From Octopus vulgaris (lineage: Eukaryota): DNA of 64,000 nucleotides. Made by a program: the position numbers and the translations under genes. Location: assembly GCA_951406725.2 (NCBI GenBank), contig OX597835.1, positions 36,890,001 to 36,954,000 on the forward strand, read 5' to 3'. Position 1 is the first letter of the stretch. Every line of letters starts with the position of its first letter. Positions 26,611-40,479 of this stretch are shown here, one piece after another. A model generated the notes under the pieces. The model saw only the letters and a list, made by a program, of their open reading frames with translations, made no database searches and was not told the origin of the DNA.

Positions 26611-27320
26611 TAAGAACAGAATTATTATATAGACAATAAATTTACCATTTTTTGTGAGTGTATAATAGCTCTCACCTCAATACACCTTGAGTACATTGGC
26701 TCTGTCTGTTATGATAGATTTAACTTCGTCAAAGTGTGTCTCCAATTAAGATTAGTCTCTTTGAACATAGAATGTTATTAACTGGTGAAGTCTGCACTCT
26801 TGCAATTAGCCCCAGAAGTTCTTAATGACTGCTTTGATTTTATGATGCACTGGCGATGACACCAAACTTTACTGGTGTTGCACTTTGTCTGGAAAGTTTT
26901 AAAAAAACAAATGTTTCAAAGCTAAAATTTAGAAATTAAAAACAAAAGAGAAGAACTATTTGAAAACTTTGTGTGCTGTTGGTTGTAGGTTAGTATTGTA
27001 AAATGTTGAATTTCTGAGATGTCATCGTTTGTCTGGCAAGTGATTTGGTCTGAGACTGTTGAAACCAAAATGATTACAGTACGGAAGATACATATAAGCC
27101 ATTCAAAAACACATAGAGACTGTTAACTATACTTACTGTGGCCATGCTGGAGCACCGCTTTTAGTCAAACAAATCGACCCCAAGACTTATTCTTTGCAAG
27201 CCTAATACTTATTTTATCGGTTTCTTTTGCTGAACCGCTAAGTTACTGGGACGTAAACACACCAGCATCGGTTGTCAAGCGATGTTGGGGGGACAAACTC
27301 AGACACACGAACATATACAC

Positions 27321-27363
<43 letters not shown>

Positions 27364-27365
<2 letters not shown>

Positions 27366-27721
27366 ATTGATTAATATCAATTTCTACCCTTATTTAATTA
27401 TATATATATATATCATGATGCTGATGATGATGATATATATATATATAATTAAATAAGGGTAGAAATTGATATTAATCAATTAAAACCAGTGGCTTAGCAT
27501 ATTTTAAAAAATCAATAGATTAAACATTTTTTACATACAAAATTCAGAGGATTGACCACTAAAAGTGCTAGGTATAGACGTCAAAATCGCCATTTTCCAC
27601 TAAGAATGTGTTCTGGATTTTTTTCTTGAGAACACATTCTTAGTGGAAAATGCCGATTTTGACGTCTATATCTAGCATGCAGGCTGTCCACTTTTAGTGT
27701 TCAATCCTCTAAATTTTGTAT
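27364..27721. repeat. Two adjacent inverted repeats inside a SINE's (TA)n tract
   Basis: 27364-27482 hairpin (about 50 bp arms); 27535-27614 pairs with 27629-27721. Confidence 0.88.
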
Positions 27722-28216
27722 ATATATATATATACATATATACGATGGGCTTCTTTCAGTTTCCGTCTACCAAATCCATTCATAAAGCTTTGGTCGGCCC
27801 AAGGCTATAGAAGAAGACACTTGCCCAAGGTGCCATGCAGTGGGACTGAACCCGGAACCATGTGGTTGGTAAGCAAGCTACTTACCACACAGCCACTCCT
27901 AATATTTATTATTTACTATTTGGTGTCAAACCTTTGTCAAACCAACTGCAACCTGTTCATTGGTTTGTGGTAAGGTTGTCACCAGAAAGACATAGGTTCT
28001 ATGGTTATTCTTTTAGCCTTTTACCTGTTTCAGTCATTTCACTGCGACCATGCTGGAGCACCACCTCGAAAAGTTTTAGCCAAAGGAATTGTCTCCAGGA
28101 CATTTTTTAAAGTCTAGTACTTATTCTATCGGTCTCTTTTGCCAAACTGTTAAGTTATGGGGAAATAAACACACCAGCACTGGCTGTTAAGCGGTGATGG
28201 GTCAACAAACACAGAT

Positions 28217-28522
28217 GTGGAGGCACTTGGCCTTGTGTTTAGAGCAGTGGACTCGCAGTCGAGGGATCGCAGGTTCGAATCTCAGACCGGACGATGTGTG
28301 TGTTTATGATTAAAACACCTAAGTTTCACACGGCTCCGGCAGAAGGTAATGGCGAAACTTCTGCTGACTCTTTTGCCACAACTTTCTCTCAATCTTTCCT
28401 CCTGCATCTTGCAGCTCACCTGCGATGGACCGGCGTCCCGTCCAGGTGGGGAACCTATACGCCTAGAATCCGGGAAACCAGCCCTTATGAGCCAGGCATG
28501 GCTCGAGAAGGAACAAACAAAA
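28217..28522 (+). mobile_element. tRNA-derived SINE family A with TSD, nested in a minus-strand family B SINE
   Basis: TSD AACAAACACAGAT at 28204-28216 and 28523-28535. Confidence 0.85.
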
Positions 28523-28767
28523 AACAAACACAGATACAATGACACATGCACACATAGTTCTATACACATGCATATATACGTCAGGCTTCTTTCAGTTTCC
28601 ATCTACCAAATCCACTCAGAAGGCTTTGATCAGCCTGAGGCCTATAGTAGAAGACATTTGCCCAAGGTGCCATGCAGTGAGACTGAACCCAGAACCATGT
28701 GATTGGGAAGCAAGCTTCTTACCACAAAGCCATAAAATTTTTTTCATCTATATAGGTCATTCATTAT

Positions 28768-29108
28768 GTGAAGGTGCATGGCTCAGTGGTTAGAGCATCG
28801 AGCTTACGATCGTGAGGTCATGAGCTCGAATTCTGGACCGGATTGCGTGTTGTGTTCTTGAGCAAGACACTTTATTTCACGTCGCTCCAGTTCACTCAGC
28901 TGTAGAAATGAGTTGCGACATCACTGGTGCCAAGCTGTATCGGCCCCTTTGCCTTTCCTTTGGATAGCACTGGTGGCATGGAGAGGGGAGGCTGGTATGC
29001 ATGGGCGACTGCTAGTCTTTCATAAACAACCTTGCCTGCACATGTGCCTGGGGGAGTAACTTTCTAGGTGCAATCCCATGGTCTGTGTCATGACCGAAGG
29101 GGGTCTCA
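28768..29108 (+). mobile_element. tRNA-derived SINE family D, alternative tail
   Basis: TGGCTCAGTGGTTAG head and TGTTGTGTTCTTGAGCAAGACACTT core; tail differs from the 34232 copy. Confidence 0.75.
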
Positions 29109-29669
29109 GGTCACTCATTCTGATTGGGTGATCATAGTTGGTAAGTTAACTCGATATTTGATTGCATTTCATGTAACCTCCCTTTTTCTTTCCTTCTTTC
29201 TTCCTTTGCCATCAAATTACTGCAAGTCAGAAAAATAATGACCCTTTTTTTTTTTGAGGTCATGCTATATTTAATGGCAAAGACAGACACTACTAGAGAA
29301 ATAATAAATTAGATATTTTCTAAGACATCCAAGCATTAATAAGAGATTTTGGAAAACCTTAAGTGATATCTATCTAGTCATCTTCTTATTCCATTATTCC
29401 ATTTTGGAGTACAGACCTCAGACACCTTTTCCATGGGGTCCTATCAGAAGCAATTGTAATTATTTCCCCAAGGATAACCAACTGAAACTATGGATATTAT
29501 CCAAGCATCTCATACTTGGTCTCCTACTTGCTGGCTTGACTTGAAGAATCTTACTTGTGACTCTTTCCTATGACATTCTAGTCTCATATCTATAGTACCA
29601 AAGTTTTAACCTCTCAATGCAGATATGTGTGAGGCATTATGAAAAAGTTCTGGGAATAGCCATGTTTAA

Positions 29670-30388
29670 CCCTTTAGCATTTAAACCAGCCATATCCAAC
29701 CCAAATATTCTGCCCATTTTCTGTTCAAACTGGCTGCAACTGGCCTCTTACACCTACCCTACAATGTAATTCTAAAAATATACAATCACATCATTGAAAT
29801 CTTGAAGCCACAAGATAATGCAGGATTAATTCAAAATTATGTGAATAAATAAGTATTATATTTGACAGAGTAATCTCTTGTGAAAGGTAGAAGAGTCCAG
29901 TTTGCTGGACATTGTTGTAGAGCTGAAAACAAGGTAATTTCTACTCTTCTCTGGAAGCCATCTGCTCACAATACCAGAGGGCGCACACTCTCCTACCCTG
30001 ATGTAATCTCCAAGGATACAGGCATCCAGCAACAGGACCTCCGTAATGCTATGATGGACCGTGAGGCGAGCTGGCAGAAGCGTTAGCACACTGGGTGAAA
30101 TGCGTAGCCGTATTTCTTCTGCTGTTATGTTCTGAGTTCAAATTCCTCTGAGGTCGACTTTGCCTTTCATCCTTTCGGGGTCGATTAAATAAGTACCAGT
30201 TTCGCACTGGAGTCAATGTAATCGACTTAATCCCTTTGTCTATCCTTGTTTGTCCTCTCTGTGTTTAGCCCCTTGTAGGTAATAAAGAAATAGCTATGAT
30301 GGACCGTGAGGTGTGGCATAACATAGTAAATTCCATTGTCTCGACCACGGTCGAACAATGATGATGATGTAATTTGAATGCTAAATGG
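29670..30388 (+). mobile_element. piggyBac-type MITE containing an RTE 3' fragment (29877-30368), which contains a family C SINE (30065-30292)
   Basis: TTAA at 29666 and 30389; TSD GTAATCT/GTAATTT around the RTE piece; TSD GCTATGATGGACCGTGA at 30048 and 30293 around the SINE. Confidence 0.85.
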
Positions 30389-31225
30389 TTAATAAAAAAT
30401 ATCTTATTTACCTAAGTTTTAACATCATCTGCTTTGAAATAGTCACCTTGTGCAGTAATGCACTGGTCCCAGTATTTCTGCCACTTTGGGAATTTGGCCT
30501 GGAAGGTGTATAGAGAAAATTATATCTTCATTATTGATCTCATCTTAGAAAGCCAACAATTGGCAGAATAAGAAAAAGGAGGTGCTTGGTACCGTTTTAT
30601 ATATTTGACAAAAAAAGAAAAAATGAATAAAAATGACTTTTCTGATAATTTGATAATTAGATGTTTATGAATTATAAATGCCAAGTAAATTTATAAACAT
30701 CTAATTATTAAAGTGGGAAAATTATGAGAAAAGCCATTATTATTCATTTTTTTTTCCAAATGCGTTTGAGTGTGCATGCTCTTATTCTTTTACTTGCTTC
30801 AGTCATTTGACTGTGACCATGCTGGAGCGCTGCCTTGAAGGGTTTTAGTCAAACAAATTGACCTCAGGACTTATTTCCTTTAAAGCCTGGTACTTATTCT
30901 GTTGGTCTCTTTTGCCGAACTGCTAAGTTATGGGGGACATAAACACACCAACACTAGTTGTCGAGCAGTGATGGGGGGACAAACACAGGCACAAAGACAC
31001 CCACCCACACATAGATATATATATACATACATATATATATATATATTTATATGATAATAATAATAATAATAAAGGGTAAAATTAATTAAGCAATTTATAA
31101 TTAATAATCTTACCAAGTAGTTTGGTATGTTAAAAGAACCATAATCGATAAAATACAAAACTTTTTGGTATTTATAAGCATAATTATAATTAGGGTTTAG
31201 CAAAATTGCTTCATCACATACCAAA

Positions 31226-31274
<49 letters not shown>

Positions 31275-31939
31275 CTTATATATAGGTCATTAAAGCAACA
31301 GAAAGTACTAATAAGTACAATATTGCTAGAAATAAGAACTAAAAGAACTCAAAAGCCACAAAGCACTCTCTTTAATGACTGATAAGGGGAGGTAAGGCCC
31401 TAGTGGATATAGCCAAATCAAAGATTTCAGATTTTGTTGCAGGGTACCTTAATCCTCACCTGTGACTCATCCTGCCTATGGTTGTTTAATTGCTAATAAA
31501 TCATAGCTTGACAACTTGTTGTGCTGGTTTGTTTACATTCCAGCAACTTAGCAATTCAGCAAAAGGATTGATAGAATATGTACTGGGTTTGATTTGTTAT
31601 ACTAAAACCATTCAAGGTGATGCTCCAGCATGGCCACAGTCTAGTGACTGAAACAGGTAGAAACTGAAGATTTCTTTGGTCGTCAATTTTTGTCAAGTGG
31701 TACAATTGGAAGTTTCTCACAGTATTCATTTATACCTCTTTATGTCCAGAGTTCAAATCTCAGTGATGGTCATTATGTTTTACCATCCTTCTGAGATCAA
31801 TAAAATACAGTACCAGTTAACTACTGGGGGTATTTTATGTTCCTTGCAATGCATCTCAGATGAAAACGGAGTTACAATAAAAGACGAGGACTTGCAGTCT
31901 CTTTCCTTAATACATACAAATGGAAATTGTAGTTGTGAT

Positions 31940-32266
31940 ACCTGTGCCGGTGGCACGTAAAAAGCACCATCTGCATGTGGCCGATGCCAGTGCCGCCTTG
32001 ACTGGCTTCCATGCCAGTGGCACATAAAAAGCACCAACCGATCGTGGCCATTGCCAGCCTCCCCTGGCACCTGTGCCGGTGGCACGTAAAAAGCACCCAC
32101 TACACTCACGGAGTGGTTGGCGTTAGGAAGGTCATCTAGCTGTAGAAACACTGTCAGATCAGACTGGAGCCTGGTGCAGCTTCCTGGCTTCCTGGACCCC
32201 GGTTGAACCCTCCAACCCATGCTAGCATGGAAAATGGACGTTAAACGATGATGATGATGATGATGA
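31940..32266 (+). mobile_element. RTE 3'-UTR-derived element
   Basis: GTGCCGGTGGCACGTAAAAAGCACC modules, GTTGGCGTTAGGAAGG motif, (GAT)n tail. Confidence 0.8.
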
Positions 32267-33174
32267 TACACTGCTCCAGATTTGTATTGAGAGCAAAAGA
32301 TTCTTGGTTCAAATCTATCTTCTGACAGTGTATGTGGGCTGAGGTGGGCCAGAAGTATAGGGTCAGTGACTTCAAGCAAACAGTCAAGGGGCTTTGCTAG
32401 AAGGAGAGGAGCAAGGGCGGTCATGGGAGTGGAAGGATGACTTGCATGAGCCTCTTTCGCATTTGGGTTGTCCCTCAGGATGGACATAGGGGCCACAGCT
32501 CAAGCCAAAGGCTAGGCGGGTAGGAGCACTCCAATGGATATAACCTGACTGGAAACGATCAACATTATGAGAGGATCCACAAGGTAGGTGAATTATGCTT
32601 TTTTTTTACTCATACCAAAAATTGTATATATTTATGAAAAACATACCTGAAATACCTTACATGTCATACCATAAAAGGTACAGACTCAGAAATAAACAAG
32701 GGAAAAAAAAAGAATTTAACAAGTATGATTATCAGAGTATAACAATATTGACCAGACCATCAGATTTCATTATACACCACTGGTCACAATGCGCTTCCGA
32801 TTCTGTCTTGGTTGCGCCATTCTTTTCTGTTTTGACCCAAATTGCTCAACTAATTTGCCTTCCCATATATATATATATATACATACATATAAGGGAAATA
32901 AGACAAGGAAGAAAATGCTAAAATAATTTTATTATGAAGAGCATTTTAGTACTGGTTTCAGTCTTTGCAACTTTTCAACTTAGAATAAACCATGAAAAAC
33001 AAATTGTGGAAAAATTAAATAAAATGCTTTTTAAAAATATTTCCATAGTTTTCAAATGCAAGGGACATTTTCCTTTTTTCTGTCTGTCTCCGTCTCTTTT
33101 TTTTCTTTACTTTTGTGAAGGCTTGGTAGCAGGTAATAGGTAGGTAACAGTCCTATATATATATATATATATAT

Positions 33175-33500
33175 ATATGAATTAGAGATAAAACCACTAT
33201 TATGCAACTCAAACATTGATAGACATAAACCAATACATAAATAACAAATAATATAAATATAATTAATATGATATAATATATATATTTTTTTCAAAAAGTA
33301 TAAAAAGAATGATAAATATAATATAATAAATATTATTATACTTGTTACTTATATTATATTTATCGTTCTTTTTATACTTTTTGAAAAAAAAAATATATAT
33401 TATATTTATTAATTATATTTATATTATTTGCTATTTATGTATTGGTTTATGTCTATCACTGTTTGAGTTGCATAATAGTGGTTTTATCTCTAATTCATAT
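33175..33500. repeat. Long near-perfect inverted repeat (about 150 bp arms, about 22 nt spacer)
   Basis: 33175-33326 pairs with 33349-33500; also visible as near-identical plus and minus ORF translations. Confidence 0.93.
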
Positions 33501-34805
33501 TTTATATATTTATACTGTGAAATTTGATTTAATACTAAATCAAATTTTTCCTTGTAAGTTTGGAGCTATACTCCCTAATATCATTATTATATATATATAT
33601 ATATATTTATATATATAGACACAAGTGTGGATGTGTGGTATGAAACTTGCTTCTCAACCACACAGTTCTGAGTTCAGTCTAACCATGTGGCACCTTGGGC
33701 AAGAGTCTTCTATATCCTTGGGCCAACCAAAGCCTTGTGAGTGGATTTGCAAGACAGAAACTGAAAGGAGCCCATTGTATATATGTGTGTGTGCATATAT
33801 ATGTATATATGTGTGTATTTGTGTGTCCGTTTGTGCTCACCACCATTGGTCAACAACTAGTGCTGGTGTGTTTATGTCCCCATAACTTAGTGGTGTGGCA
33901 AAAGAGATCAATAGAATAAGTAATAGGCTTATGAAGAATAGTCCTGGGGCCGATTGCTTTGACTAAAAACCCTTTAAAGCAGTGCTCCAGCATGGCTGCT
34001 GTCAAAATGAGTGAAACAAGTAAAAGAATGAAAGAATCACAGCATCAATCAGACTATCAGATGCTGTTGCACCCCACTGGTCACAATGTGCTTCCAGTTT
34101 TGTCTCGAATGTACCTTTGTTTTCCCTCATGACCGAAACTGCTCAACCAAATTGTCTTCCCATCATGGGGGAGGCCTTCTGAGTGGCTTTTTCTGTTCTT
34201 TTGGACACCTCTCAGGCAACAGCACATGTCAGTGAAGGTGCATGGCTTAGTGGTTAGGGTGTTGGAGTCATGATCATAAGATTGTTGTTTCAATTCCTGG
34301 ACCAGGTGATATGTTGTGTTCTTAAGCAAAACACTTCATTTCACGTTGCTCCTGTCCACTCAGCTGGCAAAAATGAGTAACGCTGCGATGGACTGGCCTC
34401 CCATCCAGGTGGGCAATTATATTCGCCCTGAGACCAGGAAACCAGCCCTTATGAGTCAGCATGACTCAAGAAGGTAAAAGAAAAAAAAAAGAGAGAACTG
34501 CACAAATCCACCTGTCATCTGTGAACCTTGTGACACATCTGGCTGAACAGAACTTGTGCTTTTGGTACCCCATGATCACACTATTTTGGTTCCATTCTCA
34601 AATTATCTCGTTATGAATGGGCTCTCCTAACGAAACGAGAGCATGGTTAATAACAAGATTATTATAACGAGGGCTGCAGGGATAAATCCTACCTCAGTAC
34701 TAGAAACAGCGTTAACAACATTCATTAGTTTAATATTTTAGGAAGACCATGCTGAGTAAAATGCTTAGTGGTATTTTAGGTAGACGTAGAGAGAGGAACA
34801 TGAAC

Positions 34806-34968
34806 AGTGGCTATGTGGTAAGTAGCTTGCTTACGAACCACATGGTTCTAGGTTCAGTCCCACTGCGTGGCACCTTGAGCAAGTGTTTTCTACTATAGCC
34901 TCAGGCCAACCAAAGCCTTGTGAGTGGATTTGGTAGACAGAAACTGAAAGAAGCCCATCGTATATATG

Positions 34969-35009
<41 letters not shown>

Positions 35010-35172
35010 GCGCAGGTGTGGCTGTGTGGTAATAGCTTGCTTACGAACCACATGGTTCCAGGTTCAGTCCCACTGCGTGGCACCTTGAGCAAGTGTTTTC
35101 TACTATAGCCTCAGGCCAACCAAAGCCTTGTGAGTGGATTTGGTAGACAGAAACTGAAAGAAGCCCGTCGTA

Positions 35173-35215
<43 letters not shown>

Positions 35216-35378
35216 GCGCAGGTGTGGCTGTGTGGTAATAGCTTGCTTACGAACCACATGGTTCCAGGTTCAGTCGCACTGCATGGCACCTTGAGCAAGT
35301 GTCTTCTACTATAGCCTCAGGCCAACCAAAGCCTTGTGAGTGGATTTGATAGACAGAAACTGAAAGAAGCCCATCGTA

Positions 35379-35429
<51 letters not shown>

Positions 35430-35630
35430 CTGTGTTTGTCCCCCCAACACCGCTTGACAACCGATGCTGGTGGTGTTTACATGCCCATAACTTAGCGGTT
35501 CGGCAAAAAAGACCGATGGAATAAGTACTAGGCTTACAAAAGAATAAGTCCTGGGGTCGATTTGCTCGACCAAAGGCGGTGCTCCAGCATGGCCACAGTC
35601 ACATGACTGAAACAAGTAAAAGAGTAACAG
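34806..35630 (+). mobile_element. SINE family B with its 5' half triplicated in tandem (about 203 bp unit)
   Basis: Three head+core+(TA)n units sharing private variants (TTACGAACCAC, TTGAGCAAG, CCTCAGGCCAACC), followed by one tail. Confidence 0.85.
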
Positions 35631-36908
35631 AGCACCAGACAAGAACAGTTGTTTTTGCTACAGCAATCTACCTTCACTGATTTATTCAATCAGCACAGCC
35701 TGCGATCTAGAGTAAAAATTGATCTCATCTTAGTCAATAATTCCTACAGAAGGTGTCTGGTTTATAAATACATGCTATTCCCAACCTAACACTTTGTGAT
35801 ATATTTCAAGGTATTGACTTGTTCCCTAGGGAATGGTAAATGGCAAATGGTTAAAAACAGGTAAACAGTGATTTCTAATCAACTTTTGAATTTTATCCAA
35901 AACTACTATGGACTGGTTTTTGATGTAATCACCACAAAAATAAACCTTATCTAAATATATGTGTGTGTGTGTGTGTGCATGCGTGTGTGTGTGTGTGTGT
36001 GTGTGCGTGTGTGTATGTGTGTGTGTACATATATAGGCATGGCTGTGTGGTAAGAAGTTTGTTTCCCAACGACATGGTTCTGGGTTCATTCCCACTACGT
36101 ATCACTTTGAGCAACTATCTTCTACTATAGCCTCAGGTCAACCAAAGACTTCTGAGTGGATTTGGTAGACAGAAACTGGAAGAAGCCTGTCATATATATA
36201 TATATATACATGTATATATATGTATATAGATACGAAATTTTGGGGGAGTGGAATAGTCAATTAGATCAACCCCAGTATGCAACTGGTACTTAATTATTTA
36301 TTGACCCCGAAAGGATGAAAGGCGAAGTCGACCTCAGCAGAATTTCAACTCAGAACATAAAGACAGATGAAATACTGCTAAGCATTTCACTTGGTATGCT
36401 AACGTTTCTGCCAGCTTGCCACCTTAAAAATATTTATTTCTTTATTGCCCGCAGGGGGCTAAATACAGAGTGGACAAACAAGGACAGACAAAAGGATTAA
36501 ATCGACCCCAGTGCATAACTGGTACTTATTTAATAGACCCCCAAAAGGATGAAAGGCAAAGTCAACCTCAGTGGAATTTGAACTTGGAATGTAAAGACAG
36601 ACAAAATCGTGCTAAGCATTTTACACAGCACAGTAATGATTCTGCCAGTTCACCACCTTAACCAATAATAATGATGATGACGACGATGACGACGATCGTT
36701 TCAAGTTTTAGCACAAGGCCAGCAATTTCAGAGGAGGGAATAAGTCACTTAAATCAACCTAAGTGTTCAACCTGTCCTTATTTTATTAACTCTGAAAGGA
36801 CGAAAGGTAAAGTCGACCCCAGCAGAATCTGAACTCAAAATGTGGCAAAGGGCAAAATACTGCTGAGCATTTCATCCAGTGCACTAACGATTCTGCCAGC
36901 TCACCACC

Positions 36909-36970
<62 letters not shown>

Positions 36971-37557
36971 GCAAAATGATGATCTTGGTGATGGTGTCAA
37001 AATGATGATAATATTAATGAGATCAATGCGAGTGAATTAAGAATTTAAAGTGAGGTCAAATCTTGCCAAGAAAAATATGTAGTTGTTTGGATAGAAGCTC
37101 AGGAGTATACAAAAGGATGACAGAAGTGATTGCAGTGAGATTATTAGTCAGAACAGAGAGCTAACGAAATTAATTAAACTAAATATTGCAATGTTTAGAG
37201 AGGAAATTATTGGCATAAAAAAACAAATGTGAACATCATCATCATCTTTCATCATCCTCCTCCTCCTCCTCCTCCTCATTCTAATGTCCACTTTTACCAC
37301 ACTTGCATGAGTCGGGTGGAACTTGTTGCGGAAGGTTTTTCTACGGCTGGGTGCCCTTCCTGTCGCCAACCCTCGCCTGTATTCAAGTAAGGTAATGTTT
37401 ACTTAAAGACCAGACATGTTCTCATGGAAGATTGGAAATGAAAGGACACCACTTGCATGACAGTGGTGCTCGTTTACAACTATCATGCAATATCAAGGCA
37501 AGGAGACAGTGGCACGCATGCAAACATGCACAAAACACACACACACCATCATCATTA

Positions 37558-38103
37558 TCTTCTTCTTCTTCTTCTTCTTCCTTCTCCTCTTCTTCTTCTT
37601 CCTTCTCCTCTTCTTCTTCTTCTTCCTCTTCTTTTTCTTCTTCTTCCTCCTCTTCTTTTTCTTCTTCTTCCTCCTCTTCTTTTTCTTCTTCTTCCTCCTC
37701 TTCTTTTTCTTCTTCTTCCTCCTCCTCTTCTTTTTCTTTTTCTTCTTCTTCCTCCTCCTCTTCTTTTTCTTTTTCTTCTTCTTCCTACTCTTCTTTTTCT
37801 TTTTCTTCTTCTTCCTCCTCCTCTTCTTTTTCTTTTTCTTCTTCTTCCTCCTCCTCTTACTCCTCCTCTTCTTCTTCCTCCTCTTCTTCTTCCTCCTCTT
37901 CTTCTTCTTCTTCTTCTTCTTCTTCCTCCTCCTCTTCTTCTTCTTCTTCTTCTTCTTCCTCCTCCTCTTCTTCTTCTTCTTATTTCTCCTCTTCTTTTCT
38001 TCCTCCTCCTCCTCCTCTTCTTCTTCTTCTTCTTCTTCTTCTTCTTCTTCTTCTTTCTTCTCTTCTCTTCTTCTTCCTCCTCCTCCTCCTCTTCTTTTTC
38101 TTC
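37558..38103. repeat. (CTT/CCT)n polypyrimidine trinucleotide tract
   Basis: About 545 bp almost free of purines on the plus strand. Confidence 0.95.
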
Positions 38104-40479
38104 TCGAACGCGAAACCGGTCATTTCTTCAAAAAATATGTCATTGTAGGAAAAAAATTTATAACATTCTTCAGACATAATGACTCAAATATATATTTTTT
38201 AACCTTTTAAAACAAGCCTTCTGTAGTTTTTTCACTTTTTACTATTTTCTATATATTCAACCACGTGCTTTCACAAACCAACTTTCTTATCTATATACAT
38301 ACATACATACATACATACATACATACATACATACATACATACATACATCGCTGGTCACAATACGCTTAAATAACACCACCCCGCTGGCTAAGCAAGCAGG
38401 CCAACAGAAGAAAGAGTGAGAGAAAGTTGTGGCGAAAGAGTACAGCAGGGATCGCTACCACCCCCTGCTGGACCCTCGTGGAGCTTTTGGTGTTTTTGCT
38501 CAATAAACACTCACAACGCCCGGTCTGAGAATCGAAACCGCGATCCTACAACCACAAGTCCGCTGCCCTAACCACTGGGCCATTGCGCCTCTATATTACT
38601 TATATATATATATATATACAACAGGCTTCTTTTAGTTTCTATCTGCCAAATCCACTCACAAAACTTTAGTACAAGACGCTTGCCCAAGGTACCACTAAGT
38701 GAGACTGAACCTAAAACCATGTGTTTCAGAAGCAAACTTCTTACCACGCAACCACGTTTGTGCACCAATAGTGCATCTCTAAAAATAAAGTTTACACGGA
38801 GCTGAATAACTGAAACGGGTCACTGTTCTGGATAACAAAAGCTGATGGAATCCATAATTTGTGTAGAATTATTCAATACGACTGTAAAGAGGTGGGGATC
38901 AAGATGCTCGATAAAGATATTTGAAGAAAATATGCAACAAACGGTTAACCACAAATATTGAAGAATTTTACCAAACGACTGGTGCCAGAAGCAAGAATAC
39001 TATGCCGCACAAACAATGAAATCGTCATCGTCATCATCATCATCATCATCATCACCTCCACCACCACCACCACCACCAACATCATCATAATCAGCATCAT
39101 CATCATCCTCATAATCATCATCATCATAATCATAATCATCATCATCATCAGCAGCAGCATCATCATCATCATCATCATCATCAGCATCATCATCATTTAA
39201 TGTCTCCTTTCTGCTCTTTTATTATTCTTTAATTCTGTTACTTGTTTCAGTCATTTGACTGTGGCCATGCTGGAGCACTACCTTGAAGAGGGCGGTTTAG
39301 ACTTATTTTTTTAAAGCCTAGTACTTACTCTATTGTTCCCTGTTGCTGAACTGCTAAGTTATGGGGACGTAAACACACCAACACCGGTTGTCAGTCGGTG
39401 ATGGGGGTCAAACACAGGCACAAAGACACACACATGTCATCATCATCAACATCATCATCGTTTAATGTCCGATTTCCATGCTAGCATGGGCTGGACGATT
39501 TGACAGAGGACTGGCGAACCAGATGGCTGCACCAGACTCCAATCTTGATCTGGCAAAGTTTCTACAGCTGGATGCCCTTCCTAACACCAACCACTCCTAG
39601 AGTGTAGTGGGTGCTTTTACATGCCACTGACACGAGTGCCAATCAGGCAGTACTGGCAATGGCCACGCTCAAATGGTGTTTTTTACATGCCACCTACACA
39701 GGAGCCAGTCCAGCGGCACTGGCAATGACCTCGCTCGAATGTTTTTTCGCATGCCACTAGCACAAGTGCCAGTAAGGCAATGCTGGTAATGATCATACTC
39801 GAATGGTGCTTTTTACATGCCAACGGCATGGAAACCAGTTAATATATATATATATACTTGATGGCTGTGTGGTACCAAAAGACAATCCAATCTTTTATCA
39901 CTCAACGACTTTCTATTTCACCAGTGCATAGGTATGACATCATCGTTTAATGTCCATTTTCCATGCTGGCATAGGTTGAACGGTTTGACTGGAGTCTGGG
40001 AAGCCAGGAGGCTGCACCAGGCTCCAGTCTGATCTGGCAATGTTTCTACAGCTGGATGCCCTTCCTAACACCGACCACTCTGAGAGTGTAGTGGGTGCTT
40101 TTTTTTACGTACCTCCGGCACAGGGGCCTGTTTCCTGCCTAGTACTCATTTCAGATCCCCAGTTTATCATTTCACTTTTCATTCTTTTCTTTCCTTCTAA
40201 CTTCCTTCCCTCTATCCCATCTCTCTATCCTTCTCCTGAGCCTTTTCATTGTACCTTTGGAACACAAGCACCACTATTTTCTCCCTTTTTTTTTTTGTTA
40301 GTTTTTGTCATGTAGTGTCCCACATTTTGAAATATTTGTAATTTGTATTTTTACTGCTTATGTTAGCTCTGCTTGATACATTTCCAAAATTAAACATTTT
40401 AATACACAAAATATACTTCACATTATTACATATACTATGCATTAATGCAAAAAAATATTGTGTTTATTGGCTATCTTCA

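Noticed and set aside
31185-31230. GTGATGAAGCAATTTTGCTAAAC on minus as a hammerhead
   Set aside because: Both C3 and G12 are wrong and there is no stem I or III support
32943-32985. Possible seventh hammerhead on minus (TTGAAAA..GAAACCAGTA, U3-A8 variant)
   Set aside because: Stems I and II need several mismatches or an indel; at most a decayed relic
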